From: Halomicronema hongdechloris C2206
GTDB taxonomy: Bacteria; Cyanobacteriota; Cyanobacteriia; Phormidesmidales; Phormidesmidaceae
Reading direction: 5' to 3'
Assembly (NCBI RefSeq): GCF_002075285.3
Contig: NZ_CP021983.2
Coordinates: forward strand, 4,800,001 to 4,832,000
DNA length: 32,000 nt
Shown: piece by piece, positions 1 to 10,032 of the stretch
How positions within the stretch are numbered: the stretch's first letter is position 1
How the letters are laid out: each line of letters starts with the position of its first letter
Translations under genes and position numbers: made by a program
Notes under the pieces: generated by a model
The model's database searches: none
Told to the model about the DNA's origin: nothing
What the model saw: only the letters and a program-made list of their open reading frames with translations

Positions 1-1715
1 TGCGGGTGGGCTTGATGGGCGACGACTTCATCATCAACCCCACTTACCATGAGATGGAGAACGGCGATCTTGATCTGGTCATTGCCGGCTCTCCTGATGG
101 TGTGATCATGGTGGAGGCGGGAGCCAATCAGCTGCCGGAGCAGGACGTCATCGAAGCCATCGACTTTGGTTACGAAGTGGTCCAAGACATCATCAAAACT
201 CAACAGAGTTGGTTGGATGAGTTGGGCCTCGAGATCGTCAAGGAAGCCCCTCCGGAACCGGCTCCTGAATTAGAGAACTACCTCAGCGAGAAGGCTACGG
301 CCCCCATCAAAGAGGTGCTGAAACAGTTTGATCTCACCAAGACCGAGCGAGATAACAAACTCGATGCCATTAAGGATGACATTGCCGCCACCATTGAGGA
401 GCTACCCGAGGATGATCCGGTCCGGGAAGCGGTGACTATCAATGCCAAAGCCCTGGGCAACACCTACAAGACTGTGACCAAGAAGTTGATGCGCCAGCAG
501 ATTGTCGAAGAAGGGGTGCGGGTTGACGGGCGTAAGTTGGACGAAGTCCGCCCGATCCGTTGCCAGGTAGGGCTGTTACCGCGACGAGTCCATGGCAGCG
601 GTCTGTTTCAGCGAGGATTAACTCAGGTGTTATCCATTGCCACCCTAGGAACCCCTGGGGATGCCCAGATGATGGATGATTTACACCCCGAGGAAGAAAA
701 GCGGTATCTGCACCATTACAACTTCCCTCCCTATTCTGTCGGCGAAACCCGCCCCATGCGGTCCCCAGGACGGCGTGAAATCGGCCACGGGGCCTTAGCT
801 GAGCGGGCGTTGGTGCCTATATTGCCGCCCCAGGAAGATTTCTCCTATGTGATTCGGGTCGTTTCAGAGGTGCTGTCGTCCAATGGCTCGACTTCCATGG
901 GGTCAGTGTGTGGTTCAACCCTAGCTCTTATGGACGCTGGGGTTCCCATTAGCAAGCCTGTCAGCGGGGCAGCTATGGGCCTGATCAAAGAAGGAGATGA
1001 GGTCCGCATTCTCACCGACATTCAGGGCATCGAAGACTTCTTAGGGGATATGGATTTCAAGGTGGCCGGCACCGACAGCGGCATCACGGCCCTGCAGATG
1101 GATATGAAGATCACCGGACTATCGGTGGATATCATTGCCAATGCCATTCAGCAGGCCCGCCCAGCCCGGCTGCACATCTTAGAGAAGATGTTGGAGGCCA
1201 TCGATAAGCCCCGCACTGAACTATCGCCCTTTGCGCCTCGACTGATCTCCTTCAAGATCGATCCGGAGCAAATTGGGGCGGTGATCGGTCCCGGTGGTAA
1301 GAAAATCAAGGGCATCACCGAAGAGACCGGGGCTAAGGTAGACATTGCCGACGATGGTACGGTTACGGTCTCTGCCCTTGAGTCTGAGAAAGCCTTGAAG
1401 GCGAAAGCCCTGATTGAGGCGATTACCCATCGACCTTCGGCGGGAGATGTCTACGCCGGTAAGGTCACCCGCGTCATTCCCATTGGGGCCTTTGTTGAAT
1501 TTATGCCTGGCCAGGAAGGCATGATTCATATTTCCCAATTGGCTGACTATCGGGTCAAGAAGGTAGAGGACGAGGTGAACGTCGGTGATGATGTCATCGT
1601 CAAAGTACGCGAGATCGATAGCCGTGGTCGCATCAACCTCACTCGCCCCTCAACATCCACCCCGATGAGGCGGCGGCGGCTCGGACGGCTGCCGCTACCC
1701 TGCAGTAGGCAGTAG
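1..1715 (+). CDS. pnp: Polyribonucleotide nucleotidyltransferase (PNPase), 5'-truncated by the window edge
   Basis: The ORF is open to the window start. It has a second RNase PH core ([30 protein letters not shown]), a KH domain ([20 protein letters not shown]) and an S1 domain ([15 protein letters not shown]...IHISQL...[15 protein letters not shown]). The last ~22 codons look frameshifted; the alternative frame stops at 1708. Confidence 0.95.
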   Translation, partial: RVGLMGDDFIINPTYHEMENGDLDLVIAGSPDGVIMVEAGANQLPEQDVIEAIDFGYEVVQDIIKTQQSWLDELGLEIVKEAPPEPAPELENYLSEKATAPIKEVLKQFDLTKTERDNKLDAIKDDIAATIEELPEDDPVREAVTINAKALGNTYKTVTKKLMRQQIVEEGVRVDGRKLDEVRPIRCQVGLLPRRVHGSGLFQRGLTQVLSIATLGTPGDAQMMDDLHPEEEKRYLHHYNFPPYSVGETRPMRSPGRREIGHGALAERALVPILPPQEDFSYVIRVVSEVLSSNGSTSMGSVCGSTLALMDAGVPISKPVSGAAMGLIKEGDEVRILTDIQGIEDFLGDMDFKVAGTDSGITALQMDMKITGLSVDIIANAIQQARPARLHILEKMLEAIDKPRTELSPFAPRLISFKIDPEQIGAVIGPGGKKIKGITEETGAKVDIADDGTVTVSALESEKALKAKALIEAITHRPSAGDVYAGKVTRVIPIGAFVEFMPGQEGMIHISQLADYRVKKVEDEVNVGDDVIVKVREIDSRGRINLTRPSTSTPMRRRRLGRLPLPCSRQ

Positions 1716-1884
1716 GAGAATCGATGAGTAGGGGGAGGGGGAGAGTAAGGGAGATCAAACGGGAAAAGGCCCATTTCTCCCCTCTACCCCCCATCCACCT
1801 ACCCTTTTCCCGCCAATAATTTCGTAGCACCGCCCATCCTCTGACAGTAGCTCTAAGTCCGCAATTTGCCACTCCGCTGTTTTG

Positions 1885-2268
1885 CTATGGCGTCTGATTT
1901 AGAAGCTCCCTGAGCCAGGCATTATCCTCTGGAGCCATCGCCGGAACAGGGCTTTGTTCATAATCCAGCACCAGGTCTCGCTTATACAAATAAGCATCAC
2001 GTCCTCGACCGGGTCGCTTATTCGCAGGCGATAGTACGTCAATCACTGTAATCACCTGCTGGGTAGCCACTTCCCGCACTTCCAGATACCCCTCTTGCAC
2101 TTCTAAGGGCATTGGCAACATGACCGAGATCGGCTGAGTTGGCGGTGTGGCCAAGGCTACCGGTGGCGGATTGTTAGGGGTTGTTTTGGCATGACTCACA
2201 GCAGCATTGGGAATACCAATCAGCAGGGCATCTTCGTCTGTGCCTTCACTACACTGAACACAGAACTG
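1885..2268 (-). pseudogene. DUF4058-family remnant with N-terminal truncation and an internal deletion
   Basis: ISVMLPMPLEVQEGYLEVREVATQQVITVIDVLSPANKRPGRGRDAYLYKRDLVL aligns by eye to VTIPLAEEVRERYLEIRETSTGRVITAIELLSPTNKRPGEGRDAYLHKRQQVL of the adjacent intact gene. It then jumps to the C-terminal tail (APEDNAWLRELL versus TAEEQTWIRQIL). Similarity continues upstream of the GTG (DALLIGIPNAAV versus DNVLVGIPDVSV) until an in-frame TGA at 2269-2271. Confidence 0.7.
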
Positions 2269-2284
2269 TCAGGGCCTGAGTGCT

Positions 2285-3061
2285 ATGCCGTCGCCCTTTC
2301 CTGGAATGGATCCCTACTTAGAAGCCCCTAACCTGTGGCCAGAAGTTCACAGTCGGCTGATTGTGGGGATGGCCGATACTCTGGGGCCAATGCTGTTGCC
2401 TGACTATTATGTGGCGATCGAGCAGCGCACCTATCTCAATACACCAACCGATAATGTGCTGGTCGGCATTCCCGATGTGTCAGTCGTCGCTCAACGCGAT
2501 CGCACAACGTCCCCGTCAACCGGCAGCGTCGCCACCGTGTCGCCTTCGGATCACCCCCAAACAGTGACCATTCCGTTGGCAGAAGAGGTGCGTGAGCGCT
2601 ACTTAGAAATTCGAGAAACCAGCACCGGAAGAGTCATTACTGCCATTGAGCTACTGTCGCCGACGAATAAACGTCCAGGCGAAGGGCGCGATGCCTACCT
2701 GCACAAACGCCAGCAAGTCCTCAGTAGCGCCAGTCACCTAGTCGAAATTGATCTGTTAAGGGCAGGAATGGCGCTGCCAATCGAGGATGTGAAGACGGCT
2801 ACCCATTACCGTATTCTGGTCAGCCGCAGTGAAACTCGTCCTCAAGCTCAACTCTATGGGTTTAACCTACCCGATCCCATTCCCGCTGTTCCTATCCCGC
2901 TTAAAGCTGGGGGTGATGAATCCGCCCTAAACCTGAAGCCGATTGTAGACACCCTGTACGATCGCGCTGGCTATGCCCTCCGCATTGATCTGGATACAAT
3001 GCCACTTGGCACGACCGCTGAGGAACAAACCTGGATTCGCCAAATCCTTGCCCATACCTAG
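2285..3061 (+). CDS. DUF4058 family protein (function unknown, mostly cyanobacterial)
   Basis: 258-aa ORF with an ATG start. The N-terminus MPSPFPGMDPYLEAPNLWPEVHSRLI is the signature I recall for DUF4058. Confidence 0.8.
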   Translation: MPSPFPGMDPYLEAPNLWPEVHSRLIVGMADTLGPMLLPDYYVAIEQRTYLNTPTDNVLVGIPDVSVVAQRDRTTSPSTGSVATVSPSDHPQTVTIPLAEEVRERYLEIRETSTGRVITAIELLSPTNKRPGEGRDAYLHKRQQVLSSASHLVEIDLLRAGMALPIEDVKTATHYRILVSRSETRPQAQLYGFNLPDPIPAVPIPLKAGGDESALNLKPIVDTLYDRAGYALRIDLDTMPLGTTAEEQTWIRQILAHT

Positions 3062-3126
3062 GATGATCTAGTTGAGGTAGACATCAACCGTCTCGGTGAT
3101 AGGTGTTGTGCTCTAGTGTAATCGTT

Positions 3127-3166
3127 CCAAAAACGAGAAGAGCCCTGGACGAAATGCCCAGGGCTC
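3127..3166 (-). terminator. Rho-independent terminator on the minus strand
   Basis: Perfect 9-bp stem gagccctgg (3140-3148) / ccagggctc (3158-3166) with a 9-nt loop. On the minus strand it is followed by TTCTCGTTTTTGG. It lies 25 nt downstream of the small ORF 3191..3328. Confidence 0.7.
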
Positions 3167-3190
3167 GACGACAAAGAGTATTATGAGGCG

Positions 3191-3328
3191 TTAGCGGTAG
3201 CGCTGCCAGAAGTCGAGTTGCGCCCGCAGGGCTGACCGCTCTTCGTCGCTGCTGGCATACTTGAGGCGGTGGCGTAGTTCTTCTAGGTTCTGACGTCGCC
3301 GTAGGGCATCGTGGTTAGGTCTGTGCAT
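3191..3328 (-). CDS. Small hypothetical protein, 45 aa (below the ORF-track cutoff)
   Basis: Translation is MHRPNHDALRRRQNLEELRHRLKYASSDEERSALRAQLDFWQRYR. The ATG has AGGAG 7 nt upstream (caacAGGAGccagccATG), and the terminator hairpin follows. Confidence 0.45.
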   Translation of the reverse strand: MHRPNHDALRRRQNLEELRHRLKYASSDEERSALRAQLDFWQRYR

Positions 3329-3470
3329 GGCTGGCTCCTGTTGGTCAATGACATCGCAGGCAGTCAAGGTGGAGGCACTACCCGCATAACTATTCTATAT
3401 TTTTTCAGTATCAACCACTACCGTTTTGTCAAAACATCAGGATTTGTTTAGCCCTTATTGCGGACGAGGC

Positions 3471-4685
3471 ATGGTCATCCTATTTTTAAGTGCACTCCTC
3501 TTCGGGGGATTGCTATGGCTGCCGTTGCCTCCCCTGTCCTTTCCCTTGGTGGCACCAGCCATGGCCCAGGCTAATATTACGACGCCCTCCGAGGCCCTAG
3601 CGCGGCTCTTTACCCAACCATTGCTGCAAGCAGAGTGGTTCTCGCCGTCATTCTTACGGCAGATATCTCTGGCCCAGATGGAGTCTGTGATTGGGCAGTT
3701 AACGGAAACCCTGGGAGCGTTTCAGGGGGTGGAGGCCGCCGCCGATCACTGGGTGGTCGTGTTCGATGGCGGTCGGGTGACGACTCGCCTTGCCCTGGAT
3801 CAGCAGGGCCGGATTCAAGGGCTGGTGTTTGAGCCCCCCGATCAGCCCATTTCCCCGGCAGAGATGGTGCAGGCGATGCAGGCGTTCCCAGGAGAAGCCC
3901 ATTTACTCATACGGGCAGATGGTCAGGTGCTGGCTAGCCACGATGCCGAGCAGCCTTTGGCGGTGGGGTCGGCCTTCAAGCTGGCGGTTCTGGCTGCATT
4001 ATCCCAGGAGATTAACGCCGGTAACCTGGCCTGGGAGCAAGTAGTATCGCTACAGTCCCAGTGGCGCAGCTTGCCTAGTGGCCTACTGCAGGATTGGCCC
4101 GCGAGCACCGCCCTGACTGTGGAAACCCTGGCGGCCATGATGATCTCACTGAGCGACAATACGGCCACCGATGCCTTGATCGACTTGGTGGGTCGGAAGG
4201 CGATTGAGGCCTTAAGCCCTGGCAATCGTCCCTTTCTGACGACGCGGGAATTCTTTGCCCTGAAGCATCCAGCCAATGCAGAACTGCTGCAGCGCTACCG
4301 TCAGGGGGATGAGGCGCAGCGACGGGCCTTACTGCCTTTGGTGAATCAGGCACCGCTGCCATCAAAGGACCTGTTTGAGGGGGCTCCCCTAGCCTTGGAT
4401 GTGGAATGGTTCTTCCCTGCAACAAAGTTGTGCGATCTAATGGAGCCGGTGGCGGACCTGCCGTTGATGGGGATTAATCCGGGGGTGGCCAAGCCGGATG
4501 AGTGGGCTGCGATCGCATATAAGGGCGGCTCGGAACCCGGCGTCTTGAACTTAACCACGGCCCTCACCGACCGCAGCGGCCGCCGTCTCTGCGTTACCGC
4601 CACCTGGAACCGCACTGATCAGCCCCTGGAGGACATGCAACTGATTGGCCTCTACCGCAACCTACTCGCCGGCCTGCGTCAGTAA
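3471..4685 (+). CDS. Class A beta-lactamase-related serine hydrolase with signal peptide and extra N-terminal domain
   Basis: Motifs are SxxK (GSAFKL), SDN (SLSDNTATD) and a KTG-like triad (YKGGSEPG). I prefer the ATG at 3471 (MVILFLSALLFGGLLWLPL...APAMAQA signal) over the TTG at 3426 used by the track. Confidence 0.75.
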   Translation: MVILFLSALLFGGLLWLPLPPLSFPLVAPAMAQANITTPSEALARLFTQPLLQAEWFSPSFLRQISLAQMESVIGQLTETLGAFQGVEAAADHWVVVFDGGRVTTRLALDQQGRIQGLVFEPPDQPISPAEMVQAMQAFPGEAHLLIRADGQVLASHDAEQPLAVGSAFKLAVLAALSQEINAGNLAWEQVVSLQSQWRSLPSGLLQDWPASTALTVETLAAMMISLSDNTATDALIDLVGRKAIEALSPGNRPFLTTREFFALKHPANAELLQRYRQGDEAQRRALLPLVNQAPLPSKDLFEGAPLALDVEWFFPATKLCDLMEPVADLPLMGINPGVAKPDEWAAIAYKGGSEPGVLNLTTALTDRSGRRLCVTATWNRTDQPLEDMQLIGLYRNLLAGLRQ

Positions 4686-5374
4686 GCCCCCAGGGCCCGG
4701 GCGGCCCGCTCGAAGTCGGCGGTGGCGGCCTCGGTGGCCTCGATGTGGAATAGCTGAGATGCGATCGCAGCTGAAATGGTAAACGTATTCAACCCTTGGG
4801 CGGCCAGATAGGCCAGGTCCTCCACCCGACGAATACTGGCCACCAAGATCCGAGTAGGACTGTTCACCCCCGTCAGGGCCCGCTGCATCTGCACCAACGC
4901 CTGGCGACCATCGCCCCCCAGATCTTCAATGCGGCCCAGATAGGGAGCCGTATACTCTGCCCCCAAGGCGGCTGCCAGCAATACCTGAGGAGCAGCGTAA
5001 ACTGCCGTCAGGGTCACCCGCACCCCGGCTCGAATCAACTGGCCAGCGGCCTCAACGCCCATCTGAGTACTGGGTACCTTGACCACAATGCGCTCATCCA
5101 TGGCAGCTAGCTGCCGACCGATCTGGACCAAAGCCTCAAGGGAATCTCCCCAAGCCTGCATCTGCACCTCGCGCAGATTCCAGGCAAAGGCCTGCTCAGC
5201 CAGATCCTTCATCTGCTGCATGTGGCAAGGGACCTGGGCTCGCTCCAGCAGTAACGGATTGGTGGTGACACCGTAAAACACTCCTGTAGGCAGCCAGGTC
5301 TGCCACTGCTCCACATCGGCCGTATCTAAATACAGCCGCAGCTCACTGTTGGCGGCAGGAAGAAAAGCGGTCAT
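4679..5374 (-). CDS. Transaldolase family protein (small Fsa/TalC-like type)
   Basis: LYLDTADVEQW...GVTTNPLLL, the Schiff-base lysine context VVKVPST and YTAPYLGRIEDLGGDG. Length is 231 aa. It overlaps the convergent hydrolase gene by 7 nt. Confidence 0.85.
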   Translation of the reverse strand: MTAFLPAANSELRLYLDTADVEQWQTWLPTGVFYGVTTNPLLLERAQVPCHMQQMKDLAEQAFAWNLREVQMQAWGDSLEALVQIGRQLAAMDERIVVKVPSTQMGVEAAGQLIRAGVRVTLTAVYAAPQVLLAAALGAEYTAPYLGRIEDLGGDGRQALVQMQRALTGVNSPTRILVASIRRVEDLAYLAAQGLNTFTISAAIASQLFHIEATEAATADFERAARALGAY

Positions 5375-5403
5375 GGGCGACTTTAGGGCTCGTCGCCGCC
5401 ATT

Positions 5404-6435
<1,032 letters not shown>

Positions 6436-6580
6436 TTAATCTTATCAAACCAAAGAACGGGACACATGCTTTAGCCGTTTAATGTCTATCCGTTGGCTTG
6501 GAGCAGGGGAGACTGGCGATGGGTAAAGTCTGTTTAGGCAATGGGGATGATGGAAAAGAGGGCATCGCATCTGTGCGCCC

Positions 6581-7342
6581 TCACTGGAGATTATCTGGGT
6601 CAACGCCCAGGTCTCGCAGCCGCCGGGCCAGGATATCGGCCCGCTCGTCTGGAGTCAGAATCAGGGAGCCATCGGTATTGGCCCAGCGCAACCAGGCCCG
6701 CTCAACCCCTTGATAGGTTCCCCGCCAAATCACCAGTTGCCGCTCCCAGGTTGGGATATATGCGCTCTGCTGACTGACATCCAAAGGCTGGTAGCGATCG
6801 CCTACCAGCTGAAATGCCTGAAGTGCATTGTTATAGCGATTGAACAGGACGTAATAGGGAACCCGCAGAATCTGTTCGTACACTTGCCATTTGGTGGGAA
6901 TGCCGGAGTCAGAGGCAGACGTTTGTCCCAAGTCTTCTTTTTCTGTGCCAGGCGAGAGTAGTTCGACGACGATGGCAGGCACAACTCCTTCTTGCCAGAT
7001 CACGTAGCTGAGCCGCAGCTCTTTTTCCTCATAGAGACGGGGAACGCCGGTCACCGCAAACCAGTCAGGACGCTTGTAGCGATTGGGGTGGTGGACGTCG
7101 TAGTAGAGGTTCATATCACCGACGCTGAAAATCTGGTCGGCGGTGTAATCGCTGAGCTTGAGGGTGGCGCTCAGCAGTTGAGGCTGCAGGTAGTGATACT
7201 CGTCAGGCAATCCCGGCTCCTCAGGACAATCACTGGGCAAGTCATACATAGTGGGCAGGGTTTCCCGAGGAGATCGGGGTGGATCAGTTTGGGGAAGGCT
7301 GGGGCGTGAAGAAGACACGGCAGCAATAGTAAGGTCTGGCAA
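6581..7342 (-). CDS. Uma2 (DUF820) family putative endonuclease
   Basis: N-terminal QTDPPRSPRETLPTMYDLPSDCPEEPGLPDEYH, core AIVVELLSPGTEKEDL and C-terminal WLRWANTDGSLILTPDERA are typical of the expanded cyanobacterial Uma2 family. The TTG start is uncertain. Confidence 0.8.
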   Translation of the reverse strand: MPDLTIAAVSSSRPSLPQTDPPRSPRETLPTMYDLPSDCPEEPGLPDEYHYLQPQLLSATLKLSDYTADQIFSVGDMNLYYDVHHPNRYKRPDWFAVTGVPRLYEEKELRLSYVIWQEGVVPAIVVELLSPGTEKEDLGQTSASDSGIPTKWQVYEQILRVPYYVLFNRYNNALQAFQLVGDRYQPLDVSQQSAYIPTWERQLVIWRGTYQGVERAWLRWANTDGSLILTPDERADILARRLRDLGVDPDNLQ

Positions 7343-7419
7343 CGTTGGGCAGAGATAGAAACTTCATTTTACTGAGGGCAGAGGCTAGAGGACGAGGGGA
7401 TCCCTGGTTTGGGGCTCTA

Positions 7420-7996
7420 TCATTCCTGTCCCGGAGCGAATAGCTGATCGACAGTTAAGGTCAGCTCGGGCACCACGGTAGAGCGGATCGGCTCAGCCCC
7501 ATGTAGTCGAGTGTCTTCGTACTGTCCCTCGATCCACTGACAAACCGTCACCTGACGGGTCTCCGGATCAACGATCCAATATTCCGCGATCGCCCTGGCG
7601 GCATATTCCGTATGCTTGTAGCGATAGTCGCGCAGACGGTTGGCCTCGCCGGGACTGACGACCTCAATCACCAGGGCTGGAGGCGGCATGTCGCGGGTAA
7701 TGGTGGCCCGTGTGGCCCCCGCCAAGGCAGCGGCAGACTCGGGGGTATGTACCAGCAGGGATACGGCAGCGGCAGCGGCGACCGGAGACTTCCACTCCGG
7801 TATCCTTGTAGGCCACTAGATCCATGGGAAAGTGCCTTAGCAGCTCCACAAATAGCCGCTTGGCGATGGCGTTGTTTTCGGGGGATTCTGGTGGCATGGC
7901 GACAAGCTCTCCATCCACCAGCTCATAGCGGGTATCGGTGCCATCATCATAGGCGAGGTATTCCTCGAAGGTGAGGAGAGGCCGGGTGGTGGTCAT
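7420..7996 (-). pseudogene. Uma2 family endonuclease, frameshifted
   Basis: The N-terminal half ([42 protein letters not shown]...GVEVSGRR) is in ORF 7664..8047. The C-terminal half ([42 protein letters not shown]) is in ORF 7420..7725. The frames switch around 7750-7765. Confidence 0.8.
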
Positions 7997-8175
7997 AGCG
8001 GATGGAGTGAATATCGAGGGACTGGATAACTGAGACAGTAGCGCCATACCTCACAATCAGAATCGCCAACCAACTATCCCGATTCTAAAGCACCTAACAA
8101 GCTGAACCTGCTCCTTAGCTGGAATCTTCTGTCAAGGCTTGGACTATAAGGCAGAGCTTGAGGGAGCCTAGATAT

Positions 8176-8183
8176 GCGATCGC
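8176..8183. repeat. HIP1 octamer GCGATCGC (one example of 19 copies counted by eye)
   Basis: Exact GCGATCGC. Other copies lie near 2503, 4513, 4761, 6795, 7587, 11587, 12121, 12961, 13921, 14088, 14305, 19989, 21051, 21793, 25188, 25557, 27747 and 30269. Confidence 0.9.
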
Positions 8184-8216
8184 AGCGCTGACTAACCCAC
8201 CGCTTTCTCCTTACCC

Positions 8217-8546
8217 ATGCGACTCGGACTCCGGCTAGGCCAATGCTCCCATGGGAGTATCCGGGATTGCCTTGGAACCATCGATAGTCCCGAGCCGGCT
8301 CAGGTGAGCACCCTAGACCTGCGGCGTCAGCAGCTGAGGGACCTAAGCGGCATCGAGCGATTTCCCAATCTGCGAGTGCTGCACCTAGACCATAACCAGA
8401 TTGACACCGTGGCGGGGCTGACGGCTCTGCAGCAGTTGCAGATTCTGTTTCTAGGCGGCAATAATCGGATTCCAGAATCCCAACTGCAACGCTTGTCGGC
8501 GCTGAATATCGCCGATTTTCGTCGTCCCGACTGGAAAACCCAATGA
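8217..8546 (+). CDS. Small leucine-rich-repeat protein
   Basis: LDLRRQQLRDLSGIERFPNLRVLHLDHNQIDTVAGLTALQQLQILFLGGNNRI gives 2-3 LRR units of the LxxLxLxxNxI type. Confidence 0.6.
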   Translation: MRLGLRLGQCSHGSIRDCLGTIDSPEPAQVSTLDLRRQQLRDLSGIERFPNLRVLHLDHNQIDTVAGLTALQQLQILFLGGNNRIPESQLQRLSALNIADFRRPDWKTQ

Positions 8547-8555
8547 CTCAATGCC

Positions 8556-8620
8556 GAGGTGCAGACCGACACTGTTAGATCAAGAGGTGCAGACCGACAC
8601 TGTTAGATCAATTAGATCAA
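8556..8620. repeat. Perfect 28-bp tandem duplication plus a 9-bp partial third unit
   Basis: gaggtgcagaccgacactgttagatcaa occurs at 8556-8583 and again at 8584-8611, followed by ttagatcaa at 8612-8620. A 10-bp inverted repeat flanks it: tgccgaggtg (8552-8561) / cacctcggca (8636-8645). Confidence 0.9.
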
Positions 8621-8771
8621 TAATGGACCCATTGTCACCTCGGCAGGTATTGCCGCCGGCATCGATATAGCTGTAGTCAGCCAAGTTAGGCCATGCCAAA
8701 TCAGTGAGTTCTTTGCCTAGCAACCATCCTGATTCTGCCCTCTGCCTTTTTCCTTCTTCCTGCTAAGATCC

Positions 8772-9401
8772 ATGACCCATGGCCCCTCCCCCGACACCAA
8801 ACATCCCATCGCCGCCCAACCGCGACTGGTCTACCTGAAGACCGTCATCACCAACCCCAACATCATCGTGGGAGACTACACCTATTACGACGATGTGGAG
8901 CATCCAGAAAACTTCGAGCGCAATGTGCTCTACCACTTCGATTTCATCGGCGACAAGCTGATCATCGGCAAGTTTTGCTCCATCGCCACCGGCGTTACCT
9001 TCATCATGAACGGGGGCAACCATCGCACCGACTGGTTCACCAATTATCCCTTTCCGGTGTTTGGCCAGGGCTGGGAAGTTGCCATGCCAAATGAGTGGCC
9101 CTATAAAGGCGACACCGTGGTGGGCCATGATGTCTGGTTGGGCTACGACGCCACCCTAATGCCGGGAGTACAGGTGGGAGACGGCGCCATCGTCGCGGCC
9201 AAGTCGGTGGTGACTCAATCGGTGGCTCCCTACACGGTGGTGGGCGGCAACCCGGCCCGCCAGCTGCGCCAGCGGTTTGACGACGCCACGATTCAAGCCC
9301 TGCTGGAGATCCAATGGTGGCATTGGGACATCGCCAAAATCACCCGCAACCTCACCGCCATCTGTGGGGCTGACCTAGCCGCCCTGCGTCAAGCCATCTA
9401 A
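8772..9401 (+). CDS. Xenobiotic acyltransferase (XAT) family, Vat-type streptogramin A / CatB-related O-acetyltransferase
   Basis: [66 protein letters not shown] plus hexapeptide repeats ([32 protein letters not shown]). Confidence 0.9.
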   Translation: MTHGPSPDTKHPIAAQPRLVYLKTVITNPNIIVGDYTYYDDVEHPENFERNVLYHFDFIGDKLIIGKFCSIATGVTFIMNGGNHRTDWFTNYPFPVFGQGWEVAMPNEWPYKGDTVVGHDVWLGYDATLMPGVQVGDGAIVAAKSVVTQSVAPYTVVGGNPARQLRQRFDDATIQALLEIQWWHWDIAKITRNLTAICGADLAALRQAI

Positions 9402-9408
9402 TATCAAA

Positions 9409-9666
9409 TCAAGGATAGACTTTGCGAAACCGCTCACACACCAGCTCCATCTCTGTTTTTCATTCCCACAGGGCCAAACAGGTAGCGGTTTTAGTCCCCG
9501 CCAGCACCAGTTGGCCTAGGGTATCGGCCAAGGCCGGAGTATCGCCAAACCGATCGACCAAATACGGCTCCGGCGGCACTGCCTCAGGCAACGCGGCCCG
9601 ATAGGCCTGCCAGTAAGCCTCAATTGCGTCGGTATTCTCTGCGTTGCCCCATGTGAGTGGCCTCAT
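9409..9666 (-). pseudogene. ASCH-domain (YhfF/COG4405-like) gene remnant with internal deletion
   Basis: The N-terminal 67 aa (IEAYWQAYRAALPE...VDRFGDTPALADTLGQLVLAGTKTATCLALWE) end at a TGA. They are followed in frame by KTEMELVCERFRKVYP*, which resembles the usual C-terminal end of this family. The central ~70 aa are missing. Confidence 0.55.
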
Positions 9667-9913
9667 ATAATGCTCTTCCTGTTTCCATCACGTCTCGAAT
9701 GAAGTCATCACCCAATGCATCACCCAATGTCAATCTTTCTTGAATTTGCTCGGGCGTTCTTGCCAGTAAGTCAACGGCAAAATCGGGATCGGTAGCTGCC
9801 AAAATTTCAGAGGCTTTGCGAAAGGCATAGCCATCAAAAGGCAGGATCACCAGTAGATCAACCCCACCTAAAAGTCTATGGGGACCGCCCAGATATAGAG
9901 AAGCACCGGCCAA
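9620..9913 (-). pseudogene. Nucleotidyltransferase-domain (MNT-like) remnant with a degenerate N-terminus and no HEPN partner
   Basis: VDLLVILP...DFAVDLLARTPEQIQERL..GDDFIRDVMETGRALYE matches the C-terminal two-thirds of small Pol-beta NTases. The GS-x-x-RG motif region is replaced by LYLGGPHRLLGG. Confidence 0.5.
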
Positions 9914-10000
9914 AAATGGCTGCGTCCCAAACGAAAGTCTATGGGTCCCGACTCAAAGGAGCCACGTAGTCGAGATACTTGTGCTGAGCAACGCCGAAGT

Positions 10001-10032
10001 GCATCTCGGTCTATGACAAGGGACCGAGATGC
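10001..10032. other. Perfect 11-bp stem hairpin in a noncoding gap
   Basis: Arms are gcatctcggtc (10001-10011) and gaccgagatgc (10022-10032), with the 10-nt loop tatgacaagg. Confidence 0.8.

Noticed and set aside
8763-9128. 121-aa minus-strand ORF
   Set aside because: It is antisense to the well-supported Vat/XAT acetyltransferase gene.
9871-10032. Possible degenerate CRISPR array, suggested by a motif repeating every 63-74 nt
   Set aside because: The shared core is only about 12-17 nt and is degenerate. There are only three copies, no cas genes are in the window, and the first copy lies inside a gene remnant.
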